DNA of 64,000 nt from a virus (IMGVR_UViG_3300010371_000001:1-64000), one strand, 5' to 3'. Positions 19,893 to 28,657 are shown, numbered from the stretch's first letter. Numbers and translations: made by a program. Notes: generated by a model not told the origin, from the letters alone.

Positions 19893-20197
19893 CCGAGACC
19901 GAACGCGAGGCATGGGCCGCATTGGAGGCAGGCATCGTGGAAGATGCGGTGGCAGCGGGGCTGCTGAAAGAGCTTCAGCGCATGTGGGCAGAACACGCCA
20001 TCCATGCCTATGAGAAGCGTCCCATGCAGATAGAGCAAGCGCCATACAGCAGAGAGACGCCGTATCGTTGCCCGAACTGTGACGGGACAGGCGAGCGGGT
20101 ATACCCAGCATCACCGAAAGCCACCACGTCAACCATCCTCTATCCGCAGCCGCAGCAGTGCCACTCATGCCAGGGGAAGGGCGTGCTATGGCGATGA
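19889..20197 (+). CDS. protein with DnaJ-type CxxCxGxG Zn finger
   Basis: CPNCDGTG...CHSCQGKG. Confidence 0.65.
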   Translation: MTETEREAWAALEAGIVEDAVAAGLLKELQRMWAEHAIHAYEKRPMQIEQAPYSRETPYRCPNCDGTGERVYPASPKATTSTILYPQPQQCHSCQGKGVLWR

Positions 20198-20514
20198 GTG
20201 AAGATGAACCAGTGATCCTGGGGCCGGAACACATGCATATCCTGCATGGCCTAATGGGCTTCCTACGGCAAACATACATCAGCACAGAAATGCTACGGAA
20301 CTTCGATCCGGTGCTGACCATCGACTATGTGGATATCCACCTGCCTAACGTCCCCATGACGTTGCGCGTGCCGATTGCCCTGGATGGGTCGTTTGCTCAG
20401 CAGGTACTCGATATCGCCCCGCCGAAAAGACAGCAGGTGAAGAAGGTAGACAAGCTAGGGCTGTTGGCACCGCCGAAAGCGGCGTTACCGAGCGGCGATG
20501 ATAATGAACGATAA
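20188..20514 (+). CDS. hypothetical protein
   Basis: Overlapping operon ORF. Confidence 0.55.
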   Translation: MAMSEDEPVILGPEHMHILHGLMGFLRQTYISTEMLRNFDPVLTIDYVDIHLPNVPMTLRVPIALDGSFAQQVLDIAPPKRQQVKKVDKLGLLAPPKAALPSGDDNER

Positions 20515-20936
20515 TGGCAGCAGACACAGCGACAGGAAGGAAGCAGAGCGATGAGCAATCCAACCAAGACACGCAAACTGAAGATCATCAGCGATGGGAA
20601 TACGGGCCACGTGTTGTGGTGGCGGTGACGCCGACTATGCCCATCCCGAATGAGGAAACATCGCCAATCTTCGCCGTGGGATCTACGGGATTCATGCGCC
20701 AAGCGCCCCAGCCACCAGCCGCCCCGCCAGTGTCGCTGATCATCCAATGCCAGCGGCGCTTTGCTCATACTCAGGTTCGATTGCGTGAATTTCAACAATT
20801 GCGCAATGACCTGTATGGCGATCAGCAATTCTTTGAGCAAATGAAAGCACAAGGGACCGCCGAAGAGCAGACGGACATCGCATCCTATATTGAGGCAATT
20901 CAGCGGGCGATTGGCGATATCCAGCAGGCTGCATGA
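20514..20936 (+). CDS. hypothetical protein
   Basis: TAATG overlap. Confidence 0.55.
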   Translation: MAADTATGRKQSDEQSNQDTQTEDHQRWEYGPRVVVAVTPTMPIPNEETSPIFAVGSTGFMRQAPQPPAAPPVSLIIQCQRRFAHTQVRLREFQQLRNDLYGDQQFFEQMKAQGTAEEQTDIASYIEAIQRAIGDIQQAA

Positions 20937-20951
20937 CGATGAATGGAGCGC

Positions 20952-21154
20952 GTCAGTACAGAAGAACAGGCGCGCTCCGCTAAGCCCGAAAAATGGCTTA
21001 AATCCTAGACTTTTCCGTACACGCACTGGACAGTGTGTGTACACTAACGAGGTGATAGCGGTGGCGAGGCGAAAAAAGTCTGTCCCAGAGCGGCATGACG
21101 GCATACGGGCGGCTATTTATTTACGGGTCAGTACAGAAGAACAGGCGCGCTCCG
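20952..21154 (+). repeat. 28-bp exact direct repeat GTCAGTACAGAAGAACAGGCGCGCTCCG (20952-20979, 21127-21154)
   Basis: Directly visible; second copy encodes VSTEEQARS of the recombinase active site. Confidence 0.95.
21017..21042. promoter_or_regulatory. 12-2-12 inverted repeat, serine-recombinase crossover/operator-like site
   Basis: GTACACGCACTG-GA-CAGTGTGTGTAC (11/12 match), overlapping a TACACT -10 in front of the recombinase. Confidence 0.7.
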
Positions 21155-21873
21155 GTTTGGGCATCGAAGCGCAACGTGATCGCGCGATGGCCGCGCTGCG
21201 TTTACGAGATTGGGAATTCATTGGCGAATATGCCGATGAAGGGATCAGTGGTGCCAAAGATGAGAAGAAGCGGCCAGGGTTAGCACGGTTATTAGCTGAT
21301 TGTGAAGCAGGGCGCGTGGATGCAGTGGTGTTTCTTGACCTCTCGCGTTTGGGGCGTCGCACGCTGCTTATTCTCGACTTGGTGGATCGATTGGCAAAGA
21401 TGGATGTGCAGCTCGTCTCGTGCAAAGAAAATATGGACACTTCAACTGCGATGGGTAAGGCCATGTTAGGCTTCATCGCTGTGTTAGCACAGATGGAGCG
21501 CGACCTGGCGAGTGAGCGTACCCGCGCTGCATTAGCAGAGGCGGGCAAGCGTACAGGCGATAAGGGCGGCGGTGTTCCCTATGGCTATCGGCGCATTAGT
21601 AGCGTGATTATGATTGACGAGAGTGAAGCATCTGTCGTGCGTCAAATATTCTTGTGGCATAGCACGGGCGCATCTTTGCGAGAGGTAGCGTTCTGCTTAC
21701 AAGATCGCGGTGTGCCGCCACGAGGGGGAGACCGTTGGCACCATAGCGCAATACAGTGTATTCTAGCTAATGAGGCAGCGTATCGCGGTGGGAACCGTGA
21801 TAAGAGTGAGGCGCGATGGCCAGTGATTCTTGATGAGGATCTTCCGGGACGTGTGCGACCGTTAGCTTCGTAA
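21061..21873 (+). CDS. serine recombinase (resolvase + recombinase domains, no Zn ribbon)
   Basis: AAIYLRVSTEEQ, DEGISG, RPGL, LSRLGR, ERTRAAL, VPYGY; GAGGTG RBS before GTG. Confidence 0.92.
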   Translation: MARRKKSVPERHDGIRAAIYLRVSTEEQARSGLGIEAQRDRAMAALRLRDWEFIGEYADEGISGAKDEKKRPGLARLLADCEAGRVDAVVFLDLSRLGRRTLLILDLVDRLAKMDVQLVSCKENMDTSTAMGKAMLGFIAVLAQMERDLASERTRAALAEAGKRTGDKGGGVPYGYRRISSVIMIDESEASVVRQIFLWHSTGASLREVAFCLQDRGVPPRGGDRWHHSAIQCILANEAAYRGGNRDKSEARWPVILDEDLPGRVRPLAS

Positions 21874-21926
21874 GCTAACAAAGGAAAAATACCAGACATC
21901 CACCACAAGAGAGAGGGGGAGCGAGC

Positions 21927-22241
21927 ATGGCGACCGCAGAGGAACTGATCACCCTGCACCGTGACGGGCATGTGGGCATGGTCGAGGTGGCGCGCGTGGT
22001 CACATCCTATGATAAGGAAGGCAAAGACGATATCGTGCTTGATGTCCTGCTATTGGACGCAGAGGCGCGCACCGAAGGCGACGACGTGGCGTTGACGGAT
22101 ATCTATGTGGCTGGTGATGGTGATGTGTTACAGGATCACGTCTACCTGAATGCCGACGCCATGACACAAATGGCTGTCGCCTGGCTAGGGCGGCAAGGGT
22201 ACACGGTGACGCCACCAGCGACGGCGCGGGGGAGTGAGTGA
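21927..22241 (+). CDS. hypothetical protein
   Basis: GAGGGGGAG RBS. Confidence 0.6.
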   Translation: MATAEELITLHRDGHVGMVEVARVVTSYDKEGKDDIVLDVLLLDAEARTEGDDVALTDIYVAGDGDVLQDHVYLNADAMTQMAVAWLGRQGYTVTPPATARGSE

Positions 22242-22609
22242 TGCTGAAACGCATTCGCCAACGGATTCATGAGTGGGACGCGCACCGACACCAGCGCGTC
22301 ATCGAGCAGATAGGCATGGCGTTTGCAGAAGGGCTGTTGCGGGGACTCGGTGTGCCTGCCGCTGATATGCCAGCGAAACTCAAAGCCGTTCAGGATGGGC
22401 GCATTCGTTCTGAGGCTGCGGCACTGAAAATGCATGTGTTGCTGCGAAATATTTACGGCTACTCATGCGGTCTGAATCTTCTCCATTATTACGCATCCAC
22501 CAAGAACGCACGAGCAGAAGATATCTTCAATGAGGCATATCGGCAACTCTGTACAGGGGATGACCAATTCATCCACGAGCTGCGGACATTCCATAGCAAT
22601 ATGCTATAA
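22238..22609 (+). CDS. hypothetical protein
   Basis: GTGA overlap. Confidence 0.55.
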   Translation: MMLKRIRQRIHEWDAHRHQRVIEQIGMAFAEGLLRGLGVPAADMPAKLKAVQDGRIRSEAAALKMHVLLRNIYGYSCGLNLLHYYASTKNARAEDIFNEAYRQLCTGDDQFIHELRTFHSNML

Positions 22610-22610
22610 T
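22602..22610 (+). promoter_or_regulatory. extended -10 promoter TGCTATAAT
   Basis: Consensus TGnTATAAT 33 nt upstream of the HTH gene. Confidence 0.65.
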
Positions 22611-22642
22611 ACAACCAACGAGACGCCACAAAGGAGCACTAC

Positions 22643-22909
22643 ATGTCCACTCCTGCCCCCCGCTTTGAACCTGGCGAGATGAAACGCCTGCGCAAGTCTG
22701 TTTACCTCACCCAAGAGAAGGTTGCTGAGCGCATGGGATACAGCGCCCCCTGGCAACTCAAGCGCTGGGAACGCGGCAGGGACGTCATCGGCACTGTTCG
22801 TGCTGACCAGTTCCTCGCCATCATTGAGCAAGAGCAGGAACGATTGGGTGCCGCCGACGCTGCTTTCCAGCGCCGCAAAGAAGCGATACACCAGCGCCTT
22901 GCCTCTTAG
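22643..22909 (+). CDS. XRE-family HTH regulator
   Basis: MKRLRKSVYLTQEKVAERMGYSAPWQLKRWERG; AAGGAG RBS. Confidence 0.85.
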   Translation: MSTPAPRFEPGEMKRLRKSVYLTQEKVAERMGYSAPWQLKRWERGRDVIGTVRADQFLAIIEQEQERLGAADAAFQRRKEAIHQRLAS

Positions 22910-23037
22910 AAATCCACCCCTAAACTCACCCCTTCTGCCATCTGGTGCCTTTGTCCCCTGTCAGATACGCTTGATATGGGAACGTGGCATGGTCCCTCTC
23001 GTGTCGCCAGTGCCACGCGCCCTCATGAGGAGCGCCG

Positions 23038-23631
23038 ATGGCCAAACGACAGAAGCGTGCCGAGCGACTTGCCGCCACGCTGCGCATTGTCCCGAAAGAG
23101 CCACCCAAGACAACCCTGAATACGGACGCACTGACTGGCGAACGCCTGACATTTGGTGCGCCTCGTGTCACGGTGGCCGATGATGACCGCATCGCGTTCC
23201 CTAAGCATGCTAACCCGGAAGATCTCCATCCCCACAGTATCTACGCCGTCGGCTATCGTGTCTCGCTGCCGCTGCGCCTCCATCAACGCCAAACCGAAGG
23301 CCCGCTGGGGGGCAATGCCTTCGCCAAGCCGCTGCTGAAATATATCCAGGCGGGTGAGTCGGTCAAGGGCCGGGGTTATCGGAAGCAGCACCTCTCATCA
23401 GCCGACTATGCCAAGCGCTTCTGGTGGACGCCCGTTTGGGCAGAGGCAGAACTACGCGCCAACTTCCCCTCCGACGTGGTGGATGTGGTGCTAGCCGTGC
23501 GGCGCGATCAGCAGGATTGGGACATGGCAATGGTAGGCTGCCACCGCGCCGAGGGTGACGTGAAGGCATTCATGCGTAACATGGCTGCACACTGCCGGGG
23601 GATTATTCAGAGCGAAGTGCAAGCAGCGTAA
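23038..23631 (+). CDS. hypothetical protein
   Basis: GAGGAG RBS, 197 aa. Confidence 0.65.
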   Translation: MAKRQKRAERLAATLRIVPKEPPKTTLNTDALTGERLTFGAPRVTVADDDRIAFPKHANPEDLHPHSIYAVGYRVSLPLRLHQRQTEGPLGGNAFAKPLLKYIQAGESVKGRGYRKQHLSSADYAKRFWWTPVWAEAELRANFPSDVVDVVLAVRRDQQDWDMAMVGCHRAEGDVKAFMRNMAAHCRGIIQSEVQAA

Positions 23632-23716
23632 ACGAATATTGAACTGCCACGAGTGGATGCGTGATGGCACAGGTCCGAGAACACCACCCGTGTATCGCTA
23701 TGAGAGGAAAGTACGT

Positions 23717-24088
23717 ATGCCGTCATTTACGCCACGTGAGCGACCCACCAAAGAAATTCATGCGCCGTGGTGGAGTGAGGTGCGCGATCTCCTTGGACGC
23801 TATAAAGAGCATGTCATCATTTACGCGACGCTTTCGGACGACGATGTCCGTAATCAACTGGCTGGCATAGAGGCACAAGCTGCATCAATGACTGGGCTTC
23901 TCGATCTCTTGTTTTCATTCCGGGACACCTTTCTTGTACGGATGATTGTTGAATTAACTGACGAACAAGGCAGTGTGCTCCCAGTTAGCGCAGATCTTAT
24001 CCGGCAGATGGAACCGAAGGACATACAGTTCATCTGGGATGCCATCAATGCCACAGTTGCCCCGGAAAAAGCGGAACAGAAGACATGA
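23717..24088 (+). CDS. paralog of the tail assembly chaperone (51363)
   Basis: Shares HAPWWS and MIVELTD(E/D)xG motifs and GAGAGGAAA RBS with 51363. Confidence 0.75.
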   Translation: MPSFTPRERPTKEIHAPWWSEVRDLLGRYKEHVIIYATLSDDDVRNQLAGIEAQAASMTGLLDLLFSFRDTFLVRMIVELTDEQGSVLPVSADLIRQMEPKDIQFIWDAINATVAPEKAEQKT

Positions 24089-24164
24089 GCGACTGAATGG
24101 CAGATTCTCGCGCGCCTGCCACGTGTAGGTGGCGTAACGGCCCCGTTCTGCGAGGCCAGCACCT

Positions 24165-24269
24165 GAGGGCGTAGCTCAGTTGGCAGAGCAGCGGCATAGC
24201 GAGCAATGCTCTTGCGAGAGCGGTTCAGACGCCGCAATTGCGCAGGTTCAATTCCTGCCGCCCTCTCCA
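24165..24269 (+). tRNA. tRNA-like RNA with a 35-nt anticodon loop (intron-containing or pseudo-tRNA; identity unclear)
   Basis: Acceptor GAGGGCG/CGCCCTC+TCCA, D arm GCTC/GAGC, anticodon stem GCGGC/GCCGC, T arm GCAGG-TTCAATT-CCTGC. Confidence 0.85.
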
Positions 24270-24281
24270 CAGGATACCCCC

Positions 24282-24938
24282 ATGCCTGCATCCCACTCCA
24301 CCCTCGCCCTACGCATCGCTGACATCACCCGTCAAGCGACGGCACTCATCGTCGCCCTCGTCACCGCAGATATCCAGCGGTCCTGGGCGATGGTGGAGTG
24401 GGACGAAAATCTGCATCCACGTGGCTCCAATGGTAAGTTCATTGGTGGCTCCGGGTTGCAAGCTGAACGTGAGGCGTATCATGCCGAGCATGCCATCGCG
24501 CGCTTCAACAAGGCGGCGGACGCCATGCATTTGCAAGGGGCATTACGGGAGCATGCTGCGAAAGCCTTTCACCTTTTGCTGCACAATGGTCAGGATATCC
24601 AGAGCATCGCTGCACTCCATGCGCACCATGAAGCGATGACCCGCCAGGCGGCGGAGCAGGCGCGGTGGGATACACGGGATCGCGAGGAGTCCCATCGCCT
24701 CGTGTATCTGCGCACGAAATATGCCTCTGCCCTCAAATTCGACACCACGCTTTCTGCCTATTCACGTGGCCGTCTTCAGCGTGAGATTGACATCATCGAC
24801 CGCTATTTGGCGCGCATGTGGATTCCTGCTCCCGTGCGGTTACGCCTGCCCGCAGACCAGAAGGCGAGCATTCGCGCTCAGGTGCAGCAGGGAATAGCCG
24901 CCGACCGCTCAGCCCCTGTCACGGCAATGACGGAGTAA
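24282..24938 (+). CDS. putative head-packaged cargo protein 1
   Basis: Leader helix ..ADIQR|S then WDENLHPRGSNGKFIGG. Confidence 0.7.
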   Translation: MPASHSTLALRIADITRQATALIVALVTADIQRSWAMVEWDENLHPRGSNGKFIGGSGLQAEREAYHAEHAIARFNKAADAMHLQGALREHAAKAFHLLLHNGQDIQSIAALHAHHEAMTRQAAEQARWDTRDREESHRLVYLRTKYASALKFDTTLSAYSRGRLQREIDIIDRYLARMWIPAPVRLRLPADQKASIRAQVQQGIAADRSAPVTAMTE

Positions 24939-25164
24939 CCTCCTCTTCCACCAGGCAATCCCGAATGCGATCAAGTCGCAAGCAACATAGCCCATTCGCC
25001 TCTGCATCCTCAAAACCTGTGAGCCACCACGTATCGTGCTTTTGTTCGATGCCCATGAGCAAGAGATAGATGACGCCTCGCACGGTGTGGTCGAGCAGGA
25101 TGCATTCGCCGCAGTGTTGGCGTAGCCAGGCACTGCGGCCGTCGAGGCTGAGGTCGGTCCACAT
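24919..25164 (-). CDS. stand-alone minimal WYL-like protein
   Basis: WWLTGF....CLRLDRI resembles WYL..FRLDRI; GGGAGG RBS. Confidence 0.55.
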   Translation of the reverse strand: MWTDLSLDGRSAWLRQHCGECILLDHTVRGVIYLLLMGIEQKHDTWWLTGFEDAEANGLCCLRLDRIRDCLVEEEVTPSLP

Positions 25165-25203
25165 ATACGCCTCCCGTGTGAATTGTAACTCAAGGTAACA
25201 CTC

Positions 25204-25896
25204 ATGTCGAGATCATGCACCATCTGCATACACCCCCAGCGTGATGCGATTGATGCGGCGCATCAGCGCGGCGAATCGAATCGGCGTATTGCGTCGCAAT
25301 ATGGCCTCACTGAGGCGAGTGTGCGTCGCCATTGTGCCAGCCATGTCACTGAACTGCCTGAGACGAAACGACGCGACGCTTCGGTGCCTCACGCGCGCAA
25401 GCAAGGCGAGAACATCCCGCAAGAGGTGCGCCCTGGTACGCAGGCGGCATTCCTTGCGGCGTTTGTGGAACTGGGCAACGAAATCGGCGCATGTCGCGCC
25501 ATTCAGATCGACCCTGGTACCATCGACTGGTGGGAAGAGCACGACACGGATTTCTCGTTCCGCTATGCCCGCGCCAAGGCTGAGCGTAATGACGTGATTC
25601 GCGGTGAAATGTACCGACGCGCCATTAAGGGTGTTCCTGAGCCAGTAGTGAGCGGTGGCAAGGTGATGACGAATGCCGACGGTTCCGTCATGACCGTGCA
25701 GAAATATAGCGACGCACTCATTGGCAAACTCGCATCGGCCTGGATGCGCAGTGAATTTGCCGACAAGCAGCAAGTGGAAATCAGCGGCAAAGATGGTGGC
25801 CCCATTCAGTCGCAGCAGACGGTGGCGCTGGATGTGCGTGGCATGACGCCAGAACAACTGGCGGCGTTGCGGCAGGTGTTGGAGGCGGGGCAGTGA
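25204..25896 (+). CDS. terS: terminase small subunit
   Basis: N-terminal CxxC/HTH, RRAIKG..V..YSD, EISGKDGGPI tail; upstream of TerL. Confidence 0.8.
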   Translation: MSRSCTICIHPQRDAIDAAHQRGESNRRIASQYGLTEASVRRHCASHVTELPETKRRDASVPHARKQGENIPQEVRPGTQAAFLAAFVELGNEIGACRAIQIDPGTIDWWEEHDTDFSFRYARAKAERNDVIRGEMYRRAIKGVPEPVVSGGKVMTNADGSVMTVQKYSDALIGKLASAWMRSEFADKQQVEISGKDGGPIQSQQTVALDVRGMTPEQLAALRQVLEAGQ

Positions 25897-26240
25897 GTAG
25901 TGTGCTGACAATTGGCGATCTTGAGGCATCGCTTGTGCGGGCAATGGCTTACTATGCTGATGGCGAAGAGCGAGCTTGTGAAGACCAACAAGAAATTGTT
26001 CGTGGGGCATTCACTGAACTTGCGACATTGCGCCAATGGCAGTCCGTTGCATTACCTTTACTGAGATCTTTAGCCGTCTTGGACTTGGTGCCGACGACAG
26101 ACGAGAACTTTGGCTGTCCTTTCCATTGCGGATGCGAAGATGTCACCTATCCGTCCTTTCCGCATGAGCATGCCCCTAGCTGTGCCATCGTCATTGCACG
26201 TATGATCATTGACCATGCAGACCATCCTCACTCCCGCTGA
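25893..26240 (+). CDS. hypothetical protein inserted between terS and terL
   Basis: GTGA overlap; CPFHCGC..H..SC. Confidence 0.55.
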   Translation: MSSVLTIGDLEASLVRAMAYYADGEERACEDQQEIVRGAFTELATLRQWQSVALPLLRSLAVLDLVPTTDENFGCPFHCGCEDVTYPSFPHEHAPSCAIVIARMIIDHADHPHSR

Positions 26241-27678
26241 ACTCCTAGAGCGGGTCAAAGCCGAGCAGGCGCGCCGCAGCCTGAAAGAATTTATTATCCA
26301 GGCGTGGGATGTTGTTGAACCTGGTACGCCATTCTATGACAATTGGCATTTAGATGCACTGTCCTCTCACCTTGAGGCCGTCACTCGTGGCGACATCCGC
26401 AACCTGCTCATCAACATCCCGCCACGCTGCATGAAATCGCTCACGGTGGCGGTTTTCTGGCCCTGCTGGGTGTGGGCGACGCACCCCCAAATGCGCTGGC
26501 TTTTCGCATCCTATGCACTGAACCTGGCTATTCGAGATAGCGTGAAGTGTCGCCGTCTCATTGAATCGCCTTGGTATCAACGCGAATATGGCGACACAGT
26601 GCGGCTTGTTGAGGACCAGAACCAGAAGAGCCGTTACGAGACGACGGCGCGTGGTTATCGCTATGCATTGTCAGTGGGTAGCGGTGTGACGGGTGAAGGC
26701 GGCGACATCATCTGCATTGATGATCCGCACAACGCCGTAGATGCCGAGAGCGCAATGGTGCGGGAATCGACATTGGAGTGGTGGGACCAGGCCATGTCGA
26801 TGCGCCTCAATGACCCGAAGACGGGGCGGCGCGTCATTGTCATGCAACGCCTGCATGCCAATGATATGTCAGCACATGTTTTGGCACAGGGCGGATGGGA
26901 ACATCTGAATCTGCCAATGGAATATGAGCCTGATCGCCATTGCGTGACGAGTATTGGTTGGGCTGATCCACGTAAAGATGAAGGTGATCTGCTCTGGCCT
27001 GAGCGCATCGGCACAACAGAGTTAGAGCGGTTCAAACGCGACCTTGGCTCTTTCGGTTATGCTGGGCAGTTCCAGCAACGTCCCGCGCCCAAAGAGGGCG
27101 GGACGTTCAAGTTGGAATGGATGCGGCACCGCTATCGTGAACTGCCCAAGATGCAGCGCATCGTGCAAACGGTGGACAGCGCATTCAAAGAGGGCGTGGC
27201 ATCCGACTATAGCGTTATTGCCACGTGGGGTAGCGACGGCGTTGACTTCTACCTCATGCACATCTGGCGGGGGCGTGTCGCCTTCCCGGAACTCATCACC
27301 GCGATCAAGGACCAGTTCGCCCGCTTCCATCCACAGGCGGTGTGCATTGAGGATAAGGCGAGTGGACAATCAGCCATTCAGGTATTGCGCCAGCAAACGC
27401 ACCTGCCAGTTATTGCGGTGCCAGCTGATGGCAGCAAAGAGAATCGCGCCGATATGGTCTCGCCGCTGTTTGAGGCGGGCAAAGTGAAGCTACCTGAGGC
27501 GGCGGAGTGGTTATCAGCTTGGATTGATGAGCATGTCAACTTCCCGAAGGCAGCACATGACGACCAAGTAGACAGTACATCTTACGCCCTGCTACGCCTT
27601 GGCGGTCGCCGAGGGGCTGGCGCACTGCTCGATCACCTGCAATCCCGCATAGAGGCGCGAGAGACGCGCCCGTATTGA
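26215..27678 (+). CDS. terL: terminase large subunit
   Basis: INIPPRCMKS, IICIDDPH, IVMQRLH, FQQRP, TVDSAFK, IEDKASG, HDDQVDS. Confidence 0.97.
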   Translation: MQTILTPAELLERVKAEQARRSLKEFIIQAWDVVEPGTPFYDNWHLDALSSHLEAVTRGDIRNLLINIPPRCMKSLTVAVFWPCWVWATHPQMRWLFASYALNLAIRDSVKCRRLIESPWYQREYGDTVRLVEDQNQKSRYETTARGYRYALSVGSGVTGEGGDIICIDDPHNAVDAESAMVRESTLEWWDQAMSMRLNDPKTGRRVIVMQRLHANDMSAHVLAQGGWEHLNLPMEYEPDRHCVTSIGWADPRKDEGDLLWPERIGTTELERFKRDLGSFGYAGQFQQRPAPKEGGTFKLEWMRHRYRELPKMQRIVQTVDSAFKEGVASDYSVIATWGSDGVDFYLMHIWRGRVAFPELITAIKDQFARFHPQAVCIEDKASGQSAIQVLRQQTHLPVIAVPADGSKENRADMVSPLFEAGKVKLPEAAEWLSAWIDEHVNFPKAAHDDQVDSTSYALLRLGGRRGAGALLDHLQSRIEARETRPY

Positions 27679-27694
27679 GAGAGAGGAACACATC

Positions 27695-28156
27695 ATGGCA
27701 AAGCATCGAGAACGGCAGAAGGTGGAAGTCGTCCGCCTGGGATTCGAGTTTACGTTCGTGACCGAGTTCGATAATCGCGGGAAGCCGAAAGCCTATACCA
27801 CGGCTCCCGCAGGATCTGCGCTGGTGATTAAAGGCGAAGGCCGTGACCAGGAAATCACGTGGATGCCGTGGGACGAGGCAATGACACGCTACGAGCCAGA
27901 GGATGAGATTGGGCATGATGATGAGGATGCGCCACGCGCTGCCGCTCGCCGCCGTGATCGAGTAACTCGTTATGATGATCGCCGCGATGGCCACCGTGAG
28001 CCACGTTATGATGAGCATCCACGCTATCGGGATGGCATTGGCGTGTACGCTCCTGGCCACGCGCCACCCTCTGAGCCGTATCGCATGCCCACGTTGCTGC
28101 CGAATGCGGTGCTGCCATCCGATGACGAGCAGAAGCGGCGTGCGGAGAGCATGTGA
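27695..28156 (+). CDS. hypothetical protein (Arg/Asp-rich)
   Basis: GAGAGG RBS. Confidence 0.6.
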   Translation: MAKHRERQKVEVVRLGFEFTFVTEFDNRGKPKAYTTAPAGSALVIKGEGRDQEITWMPWDEAMTRYEPEDEIGHDDEDAPRAAARRRDRVTRYDDRRDGHREPRYDEHPRYRDGIGVYAPGHAPPSEPYRMPTLLPNAVLPSDDEQKRRAESM

Positions 28157-28410
28157 TGGGTCGCCACGAGAAGATTTCCTATCGCCCCTGCCGCGAGCAT
28201 CACATCATCACCACCGAACAGGATGGCGTCATCAGCCAGACGTGCGAGGGCTGTGGGGCGGAGTGGTTCTTTGATGAGCCAGTGTCAGAGCAGGTGCATC
28301 AGTTCGGCATGTGTGAAGTGGAATATGCGAAGGCAGTGGCATTTGGGCAGATGCTATTCTCGCGGACGTTTCCGGCGCTGAAAGCGTTGGAGCAGGTGAT
28401 AGAGGGATGA
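28153..28410 (+). CDS. small Zn-binding protein
   Basis: CREH..CEGCG. Confidence 0.5.
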   Translation: MMGRHEKISYRPCREHHIITTEQDGVISQTCEGCGAEWFFDEPVSEQVHQFGMCEVEYAKAVAFGQMLFSRTFPALKALEQVIEG

Positions 28411-28411
28411 T

Positions 28412-28597
28412 ATGGATATCTACAAGCGTGTCATCTGCTTTGGCATTGTTGGGGCGATCTTAACCTTCATTGCTATCCCCATTGCTTTAGCGTTGCTTGA
28501 TATTCACGGGATAGTAGCTGGGTGTGTGACCGGAATCACGTGTGCCGCGATTTTCTTTGACGGTGCGCTGTGTATAGGTGTACTCACGGCTCCATAG
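28412..28597 (+). CDS. small two-TM membrane protein
   Basis: Two hydrophobic helices. Confidence 0.55.
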   Translation: MDIYKRVICFGIVGAILTFIAIPIALALLDIHGIVAGCVTGITCAAIFFDGALCIGVLTAP

Positions 28598-28601
28598 AAT
28601 C

Positions 28602-28627
28602 CCCCGTGGCGCTTCGTCACCACGGGG
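28602..28627. terminator. hairpin between convergent genes
   Basis: CCCCGTGG...CCACGGGG. Confidence 0.5.
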
Positions 28628-28657
28628 CGGGGCGATGCAGCGATGTGTCGCCCCTGC

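Noticed and set aside
24224-24230. UGA-suppressor or selenocysteine tRNA reading (TCA in the loop)
   Set aside because: TCA is not centred in any 7-nt loop, no long variable arm, and TGA is used normally as a stop
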